Source of the DNA: a virus
DNA: 64,000 bases
Virus record (IMG/VR): IMGVR_UViG_3300045741_000623
Coordinates: 1 to 64,000 of that record
Reading direction: 5' to 3' (one strand)
Shown here: piece after piece, positions 50,002-58,541 of the stretch
Layout of the letters: each line of letters starts with the position of its first letter
Numbering within the stretch: position 1 is the first letter of the stretch
Notes under the pieces: model-generated
What the model was told of the DNA's origin: nothing
Seen by the model: only the letters and a program-made list of their open reading frames with translations
Databases searched by the model: none
Translations under genes and position numbers: made by a program

Positions 50002-50514
50002 ATGAACTTCAAAAACCTTGCAAAAGAAAAGCAGCACGTTCTGAACGGTGCGCTCGAAACCGCTCGCCAATGCTTTGAACTTGATGGTTATTGCGCACCG
50101 GTCTTACTGATTGGTGATCCGAAGAAAGAAACCGTAATTCCGTTGTTAGCCCAAGGGGTGCCGAAAAGCACCATTGGCCATTACATCTCAGTCGCGAGTC
50201 AAAGAGGTTTTGCAATCTTCGTCGCTGAGGCGTGGCTTACCGAAGTAAGAAGAGACCAGAATTCACTGCTCGCCCGGGCCATCATGGATGATCCGGAAAA
50301 TGCAGTGATCCTGCCGCCCCACGACGATCCGAACCGCAAAGAAGGGGTCATGGTGCAGTACCACGAGGGCGACCGGCTAATAATGATTACCGCCATCATC
50401 ACGCGCGACGGAGCAAAGCCTAGTCTCGGGGAGTGGACATCCCTGGACAACATAGAGCCGGGGCAAAAAGTTTTGCCAATTCACTTCGGTCCGCCAGATG
50501 CACGATGCGCGTAA
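50002..50514 (+). CDS. hypothetical protein
   Basis: 170-aa ORF. No motif recognised. Confidence 0.55.
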   Translation: MNFKNLAKEKQHVLNGALETARQCFELDGYCAPVLLIGDPKKETVIPLLAQGVPKSTIGHYISVASQRGFAIFVAEAWLTEVRRDQNSLLARAIMDDPENAVILPPHDDPNRKEGVMVQYHEGDRLIMITAIITRDGAKPSLGEWTSLDNIEPGQKVLPIHFGPPDARCA

Positions 50515-50521
50515 AAATTGT

Positions 50522-50896
50522 ATGGGCCGCAAAGCATCAACCGGAAGCTGTTATCAAAGCGCCGCGAATCTTTTGTTTGAAGCGCGATTCACGGACATGC
50601 GCTTGGCGCACGGCACTTGCACCGGTCATCAGGAAATTGCCGGGGTTGCTTTTGGTCATGCCTGGGTGGAAACCGAAGACCTCGTTTTCGATCGGGACAA
50701 CGTGTTTCGCAAGGACCTGTATTATCGCGTCGGCGCGTGTCGCAGTGTTCATCTTTACACCATTGAGAAAGCAAGACGGATGCTGCTTCGACACCGTCAT
50801 TATGGACCGTGGCACGAGGACAACGAGCCGGTTGCTTTTGCGCCGGCTTCCAAAAAACGCATGTCATTTTCTAAGGGCAGGAGACAAACAGCATGA
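50522..50896 (+). CDS. hypothetical protein (possible Cys/His hydrolase-like)
   Basis: 124 aa from the non-overlapping ATG at 50522; the track start is 50498. GSCYQSAANLL ... GHAWVETEDLVFD gives a C...H...D order reminiscent of papain-like folds. Speculative. Confidence 0.45.
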   Translation: MGRKASTGSCYQSAANLLFEARFTDMRLAHGTCTGHQEIAGVAFGHAWVETEDLVFDRDNVFRKDLYYRVGACRSVHLYTIEKARRMLLRHRHYGPWHEDNEPVAFAPASKKRMSFSKGRRQTA

Positions 50897-51069
50897 CACA
50901 CCGCTTAATTATTGAATCCATCGGCGACTATCCGACCGCCAAATGCGCCTGCGGCAAGTGGGCTTACGTCACCAGCGCTAAACCCCAGGACACGCCCGAA
51001 AGTAAAATGGCACTTCTACGCGAGATGCACGAGAAACACCAAACCGACGAAAAAAGCACCAAGCCATGA
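50893..51069 (+). CDS. hypothetical micro-protein (58 aa)
   Basis: Not in the ORF track (below the cut-off). ATG at 50893 forms ATGA with the upstream stop, and its own stop forms ATGA with the next ATG at 51066. Confidence 0.4.
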   Translation: MTHRLIIESIGDYPTAKCACGKWAYVTSAKPQDTPESKMALLREMHEKHQTDEKSTKP

Positions 51070-51245
51070 CCAGTAAACGAGAAAAAAACTGCTACCTCCG
51101 ATTGCTGAAAGAATTCGCGCAATTGGCAGTCGAAAATAAAAAGCTCAAGCACCGCGCCATTGAGGACCAGGGCACCCTGAAAATGCTCGAACAGGAAATG
51201 TCTCGCCTACACCACGAGATTAATCTGCTGAGGAATTCACCATGA
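51066..51245 (+). CDS. hypothetical micro-protein (59 aa, coiled-coil-like)
   Basis: Not in the ORF track. ATGA overlaps at both ends. NKKLKHRAIEDQGTLKMLEQEMSRLHHEINLL. Confidence 0.4.
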   Translation: MTSKREKNCYLRLLKEFAQLAVENKKLKHRAIEDQGTLKMLEQEMSRLHHEINLLRNSP

Positions 51246-51823
51246 ACCCAGTCCAAAGATACACGTTCGAGATTTCAGAACGTTACCGCGAAGTGCACTT
51301 CAAGGACCATCGAGCGACGATCATCGCACCTTTGGAAGACTCGCCGGTCGCTGTCATCAATTGGCAGAAGCCCGGAACGTGGAATTACGGTTGCCGCTTC
51401 ATAATTCATCGCCGCTGGTTGGTCGTTGTCGGCGATATTGGCGAAGCCGTATTTGAATGGGGCCAGGACATCACGCCCGAATTCCTTCTGAAGATCAACT
51501 TAGATTATTTCCTAGGCAAATGTCAGGCGTCTCATAACGGAAGAAAATTTGAGGGCTGGAATAATCAGGTTGCGTTGGAAAACTCCGTAAGGTTTTTCAG
51601 CGATGGCATGGAATCGCTGAGGAATGAACTTTGCGCTGAGTTCACGCTGGGCACGAGCAAGGACGAATATGAAGCAGTCGCCCGGGTGTATTACGATAGC
51701 ACTGGCAATGCCGAGTGTGCTTCGGCAATCAGTTCATTCGGCATTGTTCCAGACAGTTGCGCAATTGGGATGTTTGTAGGATTGCAGATGGCACTGGCGC
51801 TATTGAAGGGGGAAAAGCCATGA
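51242..51823 (+). CDS. hypothetical protein
   Basis: 193-aa ORF in the coupled chain. Confidence 0.55.
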   Translation: MNPVQRYTFEISERYREVHFKDHRATIIAPLEDSPVAVINWQKPGTWNYGCRFIIHRRWLVVVGDIGEAVFEWGQDITPEFLLKINLDYFLGKCQASHNGRKFEGWNNQVALENSVRFFSDGMESLRNELCAEFTLGTSKDEYEAVARVYYDSTGNAECASAISSFGIVPDSCAIGMFVGLQMALALLKGEKP

Positions 51824-52023
51824 AATTGACTAGCGACATTTACAAGGTAAAGGAAGTGCAGCAAGCCTGCGAACGCGCTGAACGCAGAGCGGATGAAAGG
51901 GGGGAAGATTGGGCGGTTTATGTGGATCCTCTTTGTCATACGCGCACATTTACTACCCCAAGCAGTGATCCATGCCCCGGGATATGCGTGTTCGACACCG
52001 CAGACGGAGGCAAGCTGCTGTGA
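51820..52023 (+). CDS. hypothetical protein
   Basis: 67 aa from the ATG at 51820 (ATGA overlap). Confidence 0.45.
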   Translation: MKLTSDIYKVKEVQQACERAERRADERGEDWAVYVDPLCHTRTFTTPSSDPCPGICVFDTADGGKLL

Positions 52024-52607
52024 ACCCCATTGAACAACTCCGCGACGACTTCGACAAGTTGCTCGCACGCGGACGAGCCGCCAAGGAAAACAAGTTCCAG
52101 CCCGCTTGCGACCAATGCCAATTGGACGCGTGCTGTTACGAGCCGGTCTTTGCCGATAAACAGGAAGTCGCAGACATCCTTTCGCGATTGTCACCCGAAC
52201 GGATCGTAATGCTCAAGCTGGACGTAACGAAATGGCTGTTACGCGCCAAGCCGCTCCTGCAACGCGCCAAGGAGGGTTTGGCATTCGACTATCGCGACGC
52301 GGCGATACGCTGCCCGTTCCTATTTTGGGGGCGGTGCAGTATTTACGCGTTCCGCCCGTTCAGTTGCCGCAGCCACTTCGCCTTGAGCAATCCGGAGAAC
52401 TGCAAAATGCCGGCACGCAAAGAGCAGAAGTACGCGATGTGGAAATTCGACAGGTCGTATCGGGAGATCATCATAAAATACATGGCTGCAATTGGCGGCA
52501 TTGAGATCGACCACCTTGGCTTGCTCATTTACAACGAGCTATTCGGGTTCAACGAGGAATCCGCCGCAGCCGAAAAATATCAAATTGAAAAGGAGGAAAG
52601 CAAATGA
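52020..52607 (+). CDS. YkgJ-family (CxxCxxCC) cysteine-cluster protein
   Basis: GTG at 52020 forms a GTGA overlap; the track start is 51972. ACDQCQLDACCYEPV and IRCPFLFWGRCSIYAFRPFSCRSHF fit the YkgJ/UPF0153 zinc/iron-chelating pattern. Confidence 0.55.
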   Translation: MNPIEQLRDDFDKLLARGRAAKENKFQPACDQCQLDACCYEPVFADKQEVADILSRLSPERIVMLKLDVTKWLLRAKPLLQRAKEGLAFDYRDAAIRCPFLFWGRCSIYAFRPFSCRSHFALSNPENCKMPARKEQKYAMWKFDRSYREIIIKYMAAIGGIEIDHLGLLIYNELFGFNEESAAAEKYQIEKEESK

Positions 52608-52939
52608 ACCCAAAAACTGAAAGAGCACTTAGAAAAGCCTGTGCCCACTGGAAACGGTTGGCAACAGGTAAGCAAAAGCGCAGGGAGTCTATCTTCGCAA
52701 AAGATTGCGCCTTGTGTAAGTTGTTCGTCATTCCATATAAAAAGCGGACGAAGGATTGCGCTGGTTGTCCGGTGCGCAAGCGCACTGGTTGGCCGCTCTG
52801 TAAGGGTAGTCCGTGGAGCAGAGTCTATAACATTTTTAATTACGCCAATACGCACGGCGCAGAGTTCCGAGAAGCGGCCCGGGCTCAACTTGAGTTTTTG
52901 CAATCCCTGCTGCCGAAGAAACGGAGGAAAACAAAATGA
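52604..52939 (+). CDS. hypothetical Cys-rich protein
   Basis: 111 aa. CALCK ... CAGCP ... LCKG. ATGA overlap. Confidence 0.5.
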   Translation: MNPKTERALRKACAHWKRLATGKQKRRESIFAKDCALCKLFVIPYKKRTKDCAGCPVRKRTGWPLCKGSPWSRVYNIFNYANTHGAEFREAARAQLEFLQSLLPKKRRKTK

Positions 52940-53142
52940 ACTTAACTCCGGAAAACCGCGCTACGATTGATACCAAAACCATCATCGAATTGCTGGACAG
53001 AATCAGATTTGCCCCAGCCGGCGATCCGTGGTTTCAAGGCGAGACCGGTGATTATTGGCTTAAACGGTACAGCGCTTTGAAAAACGCAGACCCTGGTGCC
53101 GCCGTCGCAGCATCGAAAACGCTCGGATGGGAGAAACGATGA
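52936..53142 (+). CDS. hypothetical protein
   Basis: 68 aa. ATGA overlap. Confidence 0.45.
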   Translation: MNLTPENRATIDTKTIIELLDRIRFAPAGDPWFQGETGDYWLKRYSALKNADPGAAVAASKTLGWEKR

Positions 53143-53420
53143 ACACGCAGCCCAAAATGATCTTCTGGCATTACGACCAGTTTCCGTATTGCTTATCAGG
53201 ATTAGGGGAGATTTTACCAAGCGGATTGGCTTACGTGCCCTCGTACCGCAGTTCCTTCAAACCGTTCCTCGTGCTCGACATCGACGAAGGTAAAAAGATG
53301 AAAGCAAAACGCGACGCCCTCCAAGCCGAGTATGATGAAGCGCGGAAAACGCTCCGGGCAGGATTCAACGCGCGTCTTCGCGACATCTGTCCCGAGACGC
53401 TAGAAAAAAAGGAAACTTAA
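53139..53420 (+). CDS. hypothetical protein
   Basis: 93 aa from the ATG at 53139 (ATGA overlap). Confidence 0.45.
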   Translation: MNTQPKMIFWHYDQFPYCLSGLGEILPSGLAYVPSYRSSFKPFLVLDIDEGKKMKAKRDALQAEYDEARKTLRAGFNARLRDICPETLEKKET

Positions 53421-53422
53421 AT

Positions 53423-53656
53423 ATGATGACTTGGTATTTCAAAGCCTGGGGCAAGCATACGCATGTGCGAGTATTTATGAACGGCGCCAAGTGCGGCACT
53501 CTGACTTTTCGCAATGAGGAATTCAAGCTGTTGCAACACGAGGAAGCGCACCGCAGCACGCCGCTCGGAAAACAGTTCGCTCCGTTTATTAAGTTCGTTG
53601 AAGAAGCGGAAGTGAGCATCCGACGAAACTGGACGAGGAATGAGGAATTGAAATGA
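53423..53656 (+). CDS. hypothetical protein
   Basis: 77-aa ORF. Confidence 0.45.
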   Translation: MMTWYFKAWGKHTHVRVFMNGAKCGTLTFRNEEFKLLQHEEAHRSTPLGKQFAPFIKFVEEAEVSIRRNWTRNEELK

Positions 53657-53739
53657 TCGACATCATTGTAATCGCAGCGTGCCTCGCGCTCACCGCGTTT
53701 GTTGTTCGCAGTGCATACGAGGTATGGAAACATCTATAA
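53653..53739 (+). CDS. hydrophobic micro-peptide (28 aa)
   Basis: MIDIIVIAACLALTAFVVRSAYEVWKHL is a single TM-length hydrophobic stretch. ATGA overlap upstream and TAATG overlap downstream. Confidence 0.3.
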   Translation: MIDIIVIAACLALTAFVVRSAYEVWKHL

Positions 53740-53831
53740 TGCAAAACCTTGCCCCATCCCGTTGCGCGAGTGCATCCGCGCAGGCGATTGGTCTTCGCCT
53801 CCTTGCGGGGTGGGGCATCCCTTACTTTTAG
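53739..53831 (+). CDS. micro-ORF (30 aa)
   Basis: MQNLAPSRCASASAQAIGLRLLAGWGIPYF. It fills the gap exactly between the previous micro-peptide and the ATG at 53837. Coding status uncertain. Confidence 0.2.
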   Translation: MQNLAPSRCASASAQAIGLRLLAGWGIPYF

Positions 53832-53836
53832 AAATT

Positions 53837-54046
53837 ATGACAAGCAACTACACGATCATTTATGAGGAATTCCGCTGCTACCAGTGCGGCACATTTTGGG
53901 CGATAGAAGTTACCCGAAAACCAGGGACTTGTGTTTGCCCGCGTTGCGCAGCAAAGTCGATTGAAGCCGCCAACATGGCGGCTGATAAATCCGAACGTTC
54001 CGCCAGAAGTTTGCGTGGAGCACTGAAAAGGAGCAAAAAGCAATGA
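53837..54046 (+). CDS. hypothetical zinc-ribbon protein
   Basis: 69 aa from the ATG at 53837. CYQCG ... CPRC. Confidence 0.45.
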   Translation: MTSNYTIIYEEFRCYQCGTFWAIEVTRKPGTCVCPRCAAKSIEAANMAADKSERSARSLRGALKRSKKQ

Positions 54047-54570
54047 ACTACGAAGGCATGTTGGACCCGGAAACTGTTGCTGAAGCCCGCAAAGTCTCAC
54101 GCCGGCTGAGACCGTCAAGATTCTGGCGACCGATGAAAAAAACCGATCGCCGAACAGCCGACGGCGCCGAGATGTGGCAGAATTATTTGTACATCGTGAC
54201 CGCACGGAACATCGTCGGGAATCCATTCGTAAAATCGTTTGGTACCGTTAACGGAGTCGTCCTCGGAATCCATTGTCCGGACGGCGAACCCCGGCACGAC
54301 TGGCGCGAGTTCCAGCGCATCAAGAACGACATCGTTGGCCCGGAATGGGAAGCCGTAGAGCTTTATCCCGCCGAATCGAGGCTCCTTGATCCCTCGAATT
54401 ACTATATGCTCTGGTGCTGGCAACGCATCCCCATCGGCAAAGACACTGGACGCGTCATCGCCGGTCCCGTGGACTGCATCGCACCGCAACGCGGATGGAC
54501 AGAGGACGACGAACCACCGGAGCTCGCTGGCTGGACTAAAATTCCAGCAGAACCGAAAGGAGCAAAATAA
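54043..54570 (+). CDS. hypothetical protein
   Basis: 175-aa ORF. ATGA overlap. Confidence 0.55.
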   Translation: MNYEGMLDPETVAEARKVSRRLRPSRFWRPMKKTDRRTADGAEMWQNYLYIVTARNIVGNPFVKSFGTVNGVVLGIHCPDGEPRHDWREFQRIKNDIVGPEWEAVELYPAESRLLDPSNYYMLWCWQRIPIGKDTGRVIAGPVDCIAPQRGWTEDDEPPELAGWTKIPAEPKGAK

Positions 54571-54839
54571 TGGAAAATTATCTGCGTGCCCGTCGGGCCA
54601 TACTCGAAGAATTGAAACGCCGGTTCAAAGCCGGAGACAAAGGCGTCCTGCCGAGTCGGCACAAGTTTCAAACTGAATACGACGATGAGCCGCCGAAATC
54701 TGAGAACTATTATTCCGGTGGCGGCGAAATGCCTTGCCCGATCTGTTCGACTGGAACCCTCAGATACAGCCGCAGCAGTTACAACGGGCATGTTCACGCA
54801 AGCTGCACGACCCCGAGTTGCGTCCGATGGATGGAATGA
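54570..54839 (+). CDS. hypothetical zinc-binding protein
   Basis: 89 aa. CPICSTG ... HASCTTPSC. TAATG 1-nt overlap. Confidence 0.5.
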   Translation: MENYLRARRAILEELKRRFKAGDKGVLPSRHKFQTEYDDEPPKSENYYSGGGEMPCPICSTGTLRYSRSSYNGHVHASCTTPSCVRWME

Positions 54840-54882
54840 AATTCTCGTTGCAAACCAGCAAGCCCCTTGTTAAAGTGTGAGC

Positions 54883-55176
54883 ATGAAGAACGCCTTGGAA
54901 CTTTGTGAACCTTGCCTTACGAAGTTGCGTGCCGCCGCCGCGCGCGGGGGGCGGTCTGGCAGCCGGGAGTCGAAGGTGAAAGCCGCCATCGCCAGCGTCG
55001 CAGAGCGCCGTAAAACCGCCGCCCGATTGACGTTCAACGGCAAAACCCTCTCGATCATCGACTGGGCAAAACGCATCGGCGTGGCCAAGAAGACGATTTA
55101 CCGCCGGCTCAAACGAAACATGCCGATTGAAAAAGTCTTGTCAAAACACGGCGCCGAACATTTGCCGCTTTTATGA
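54883..55176 (+). CDS. HTH DNA-binding protein candidate
   Basis: ATG at 54883; the track uses GTG at 54877. LTFNGKTLSIIDWAKRIGVAKKTIYRRLKRNMPIEKVL is a typical phage HTH segment. Confidence 0.45.
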   Translation: MKNALELCEPCLTKLRAAAARGGRSGSRESKVKAAIASVAERRKTAARLTFNGKTLSIIDWAKRIGVAKKTIYRRLKRNMPIEKVLSKHGAEHLPLL

Positions 55177-55460
55177 ATAACTGCTCGCAATGCACTGCCG
55201 AATACGGATCACGTTGGAACTTTATCAAGGGTGGCTTGTGTAAGAAATGCTTTATGAGAACGGCAGTTCCAGTCGCAATTTACACGCACGACAGCGTTGG
55301 CGATGACGATGTCTATTACCATCATTTCAAATTCGAAACTCCGGCAAGGTGCCCCGGCTGTGGACACGTAGCAACAACATCTAGGAAAGCTTGCCGTGAG
55401 TTGAACGGAGAAACCGCGCATTTAACCGAAACAAAAACCAACACCAGCAAAACACCATGA
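55173..55460 (+). CDS. hypothetical zinc-ribbon protein
   Basis: 95 aa. CSQC ... CKKC ... CPGCGH. ATGA overlap. Confidence 0.5.
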   Translation: MNNCSQCTAEYGSRWNFIKGGLCKKCFMRTAVPVAIYTHDSVGDDDVYYHHFKFETPARCPGCGHVATTSRKACRELNGETAHLTETKTNTSKTP

Positions 55461-56611
55461 ACCTAGAAGTCACCAGTCCCGAAGTCGTCCAGCCGAGTGC
55501 GCTGGAAGCCATCAGCAACGCTGAAATCAATCAGTCAATCGCCACCGCGCGACGTTTCCCGCGCAACCTGCCTGCCGTCAAGCTGGCCATGATGTCCTTC
55601 GCGACTCTTGACCAAGAGACTGCGGAAAGTTGCTTTTACACGTTGCCCCGTGGCGGCAAAAACATCCAAGGGCCCAGCGTGCGCCTCGCCGAGATTGCGA
55701 TTTCCTGTTACGGCAATCTGCGCGTCGCAAGCCGCATCATCGACACTGTTGCTACCGGCGACAATCCGCACGTCACAATTCAGGCGGTCGCGATGGACCT
55801 CGAAAGAAACGTCTCAATCAGCATCGAGAAACGGCGGCGCATCGTCGGCAAAAAGAAAGCCGGCGGCGCGATCGACGAAGACGACATTAACCTTGCCAGC
55901 AATGCCGGCTCAGCCATTGCCCTACGGGATGCCGTTTTCAAAGTGGTGCCACTGGCGCTTATCAAGCCCGTGTTTGACGCCGCGCGCAAGGTAGCCATCG
56001 GCGACGAGCGCACGTTGAAAGATCGGCGCTCGAAAGCATTGGCGACGTTCGCCAAGATGGGCGTGCCCAAAGAGCGGGTTCTTCACAAGATGGAAAAAAC
56101 ATCCGTCGAAGACATCGGTTTGGCAGAACTGGAAACGCTGATCGGCTTGTTTAACGCGATCAAGGAAGGGGAAGTAACCATTGACGACGCGTTTCCCGGG
56201 ATCAAGGAAGCGGATACATCGGACCTGGGCAAGAAAGTGCCAACGGCTGCGCCCACGGCTGCGCCCACGCCGCCGGCTGAAGCTGTCGCCGCGCCATCGA
56301 CCACGCCGCCGCCAACCACGCCGGCACCCGAACCCGCCACGCCGGCACCCGCCGCCGAGCCAGTTCCCGCGCCGTCTCCCGAACCCGAACCGCTGACCGG
56401 CTCTGAAGCGCTTGAACAACTGGCAGTGCTTGCGGACGAAGGCGGTATCTCCGAAGCATCGCTTCTCACGTTTTGCGTGCGGAAGAAATTGGCGAAACCC
56501 GAGCAAAAGCTGGTCGCGGATTTGAGCACGAAGAAACTCAATGATCTGCTGCGGACATGGCCAACGATCCTGCCAGAGTTGAAGACAATCGAAGCTGAGA
56601 CGAAGAAATAA
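55457..56611 (+). CDS. single-strand annealing protein candidate (RecT/Red-beta-superfamily-like) with Pro/Ala linker and acidic tail
   Basis: 384 aa. Conserved-looking core CFYTLPRGGKNIQGPSVRLAEIAISCYGNLRV...VTIQAVAMDLERNVSISIEKRRRI, then a ~70-aa Pro/Ala/Thr linker and a helical C-terminal module. A Cas4-like exonuclease is encoded 2 kb downstream. The assignment is by context and weak motif memory. Confidence 0.35.
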   Translation: MNLEVTSPEVVQPSALEAISNAEINQSIATARRFPRNLPAVKLAMMSFATLDQETAESCFYTLPRGGKNIQGPSVRLAEIAISCYGNLRVASRIIDTVATGDNPHVTIQAVAMDLERNVSISIEKRRRIVGKKKAGGAIDEDDINLASNAGSAIALRDAVFKVVPLALIKPVFDAARKVAIGDERTLKDRRSKALATFAKMGVPKERVLHKMEKTSVEDIGLAELETLIGLFNAIKEGEVTIDDAFPGIKEADTSDLGKKVPTAAPTAAPTPPAEAVAAPSTTPPPTTPAPEPATPAPAAEPVPAPSPEPEPLTGSEALEQLAVLADEGGISEASLLTFCVRKKLAKPEQKLVADLSTKKLNDLLRTWPTILPELKTIEAETKK

Positions 56612-56725
56612 GAATCTCAGGAGCGTGCCGAGCCTGCCGGTGAGAGGCAAAACAGGCGCAAGTCAGTCGGGTCCTCGTCTGTCCGTGATTCTCCGGGGAC
56701 GAAAGGCCCGGCTGGCCCCCTCAAT

Positions 56726-56980
56726 ATGAAACTGGACACTTCAAAACATCCGCACCTTGGCAGGTTCGCGCTGCTCCCGCCGAAACCCGGGACTTGTCAG
56801 GAATGCGCGGTGGATCACGATCCGGCGAACGCGCACAATCAACAGTCGATGTATTGGCAGTATCATTTCTACGGAAAGCACGGGCGCTGGCCGACGTGGC
56901 ACGATGCGATGGCGCATTGCACGCCCGAGGTTAAAGACCAGTGGATCACGTTGCTCAAAGAAGCTGGAGTAAAATTATGA
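56726..56980 (+). CDS. hypothetical protein
   Basis: 84 aa. CQECAVDHDP...HNQQSMYWQYHFYGKHGRWPTW. Confidence 0.5.
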   Translation: MKLDTSKHPHLGRFALLPPKPGTCQECAVDHDPANAHNQQSMYWQYHFYGKHGRWPTWHDAMAHCTPEVKDQWITLLKEAGVKL

Positions 56981-57246
56981 GTGGCGACGCCCAAGAGACA
57001 ACCGTTGCTGAGGTGATGCGTCCATTTGAACAGCAAACCGCGTTGGAAAGGGAGCTCCGCGTGCATCTGTGGATTGCAAACGACACGTTGAGTCGCGGAG
57101 AACGAGCGCTTCCACGCTGCGTAAAAAGACAGGAATACGCGGAGGCTGGACAGTGGCAACGACGCATGCTCCAAGCGGAGTCTGACAAGGAAGATTTTAA
57201 ACACCTATTGGAGTTGTACGAACTGGAACGGAAGGAAAACAAATGA
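56977..57246 (+). CDS. hypothetical protein
   Basis: 89 aa from the ATG at 56977 (ATGA overlap). Confidence 0.45.
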   Translation: MSGDAQETTVAEVMRPFEQQTALERELRVHLWIANDTLSRGERALPRCVKRQEYAEAGQWQRRMLQAESDKEDFKHLLELYELERKENK

Positions 57247-57587
57247 GTACGACGAGACGTAAGGACGAACTCGAAGACGGAAGGATCGACCCCGACACAA
57301 AGCGCGGGGAACTGCTGGGATTTACAAAGAAAAAGTTTGACGGCTACTTGTGGAAAGTTGATAGCGCAATTTACATTTCCTACATCGCGTCCAAGCGGCG
57401 CGGCAACTTTCGAAAACTGGTGAGCCGGATTCATGCTCTCGGATTCACGGTGAAAGTTCCGACACCGCTTGGACGGATGCAGGACATTTTGCTCAGGAAC
57501 GGTTACATACATACAATCGAATTCCACGATTACAACCCCGAAGATCACGTTGAAGTTTGGGTGCTCGACCCGCCAAAAAAACCATGA
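57243..57587 (+). CDS. hypothetical protein
   Basis: 114 aa. ATGA overlap. Confidence 0.5.
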   Translation: MSTTRRKDELEDGRIDPDTKRGELLGFTKKKFDGYLWKVDSAIYISYIASKRRGNFRKLVSRIHALGFTVKVPTPLGRMQDILLRNGYIHTIEFHDYNPEDHVEVWVLDPPKKP

Positions 57588-58009
57588 ACTCAGATAATCC
57601 CGAAGACCAAATCCCGCTCCCATCCGAACCGGTGTTGAGCGAGGAAGAGACCGGCAAACAATTGCGCGAAGATTATTGCCGGCAATATCGCGAGCGCATC
57701 AAACAACTCGAAGGTGAGCTTGGCGCCTTCTGCGCAGTGTTGAATTGCACATACCTGCCGCCGGAATCTAACGTCGTTTCCGCAATGGTACGGCTCAGAG
57801 ACGTGTTGCAGAAAGACAGGCTCAAGACCGACGAAATCAACATTCTCGTGAAAAAGAATCGGAAGTTGCTTACAGCGCTTGCAGAATCCGTAAAGCTTCA
57901 AAGTCATTACGCCATGTTGCTCAACGCATACGACGGAGGACAACGCATCCGCTTCAATGACGCTGCCGCTTGGATTGCGCGACTCCGCGAAACTGGAACG
58001 ATCAAATGA
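57584..58009 (+). CDS. hypothetical protein
   Basis: 141 aa from the ATG at 57584 (ATGA overlap). Confidence 0.5.
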   Translation: MNSDNPEDQIPLPSEPVLSEEETGKQLREDYCRQYRERIKQLEGELGAFCAVLNCTYLPPESNVVSAMVRLRDVLQKDRLKTDEINILVKKNRKLLTALAESVKLQSHYAMLLNAYDGGQRIRFNDAAAWIARLRETGTIK

Positions 58010-58266
58010 AAACTGGACCGCTGCCAGTTTCCCCGTGTCCTACCTGCGGCTATGAAATGGACGCCGCCACCTGTCCGGAAGAGCCAGCAGCAAAACCCTC
58101 GGTGGATGATCTGTCCGTGTGTATCAAGTGCGGCGAACTTCTTGTGTTCCAAGATGATCTTACGCTGAGGCCCATGGAACTAAACGACATGCTCAGTCTC
58201 GACGAAGCAACTAAAAATGAACTTTTGAAAGTGCAATCCATTATTCGAAAATTAAGGATGGAATAA
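58006..58266 (+). CDS. hypothetical zinc-ribbon protein
   Basis: 86 aa from the ATG at 58006 (ATGA overlap). CPTCG ... CIKCG. Confidence 0.5.
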   Translation: MKTGPLPVSPCPTCGYEMDAATCPEEPAAKPSVDDLSVCIKCGELLVFQDDLTLRPMELNDMLSLDEATKNELLKVQSIIRKLRME

Positions 58267-58538
58267 TGAAACCAAAACACGTTTACGAATTCGGCGTCCG
58301 CTTTCCGCTCAGAAGTTTGATGAGCACCGTTAGCGACTTCGAAGATTCCATCAACCAGACCATGCAGGAATTCGGGTTCTCCGAGAAAATGCTCCTTACC
58401 TCAACCGTGCCGTTGGAGATGGCCGTTAACCGCGAACTCGCTGCGGCGGAACTGAATCAAATCAAAGCTTTAATCGAGCAACAATTCTGCGCCGAATTCG
58501 AAGGGGCCAAGATTGAGTACGTCAAGAAGCTTTCGTGA
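58266..58538 (+). CDS. hypothetical protein
   Basis: 90 aa. TAATG 1-nt overlap. Confidence 0.5.
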   Translation: MKPKHVYEFGVRFPLRSLMSTVSDFEDSINQTMQEFGFSEKMLLTSTVPLEMAVNRELAAAELNQIKALIEQQFCAEFEGAKIEYVKKLS

Positions 58539-58541
58539 CCT

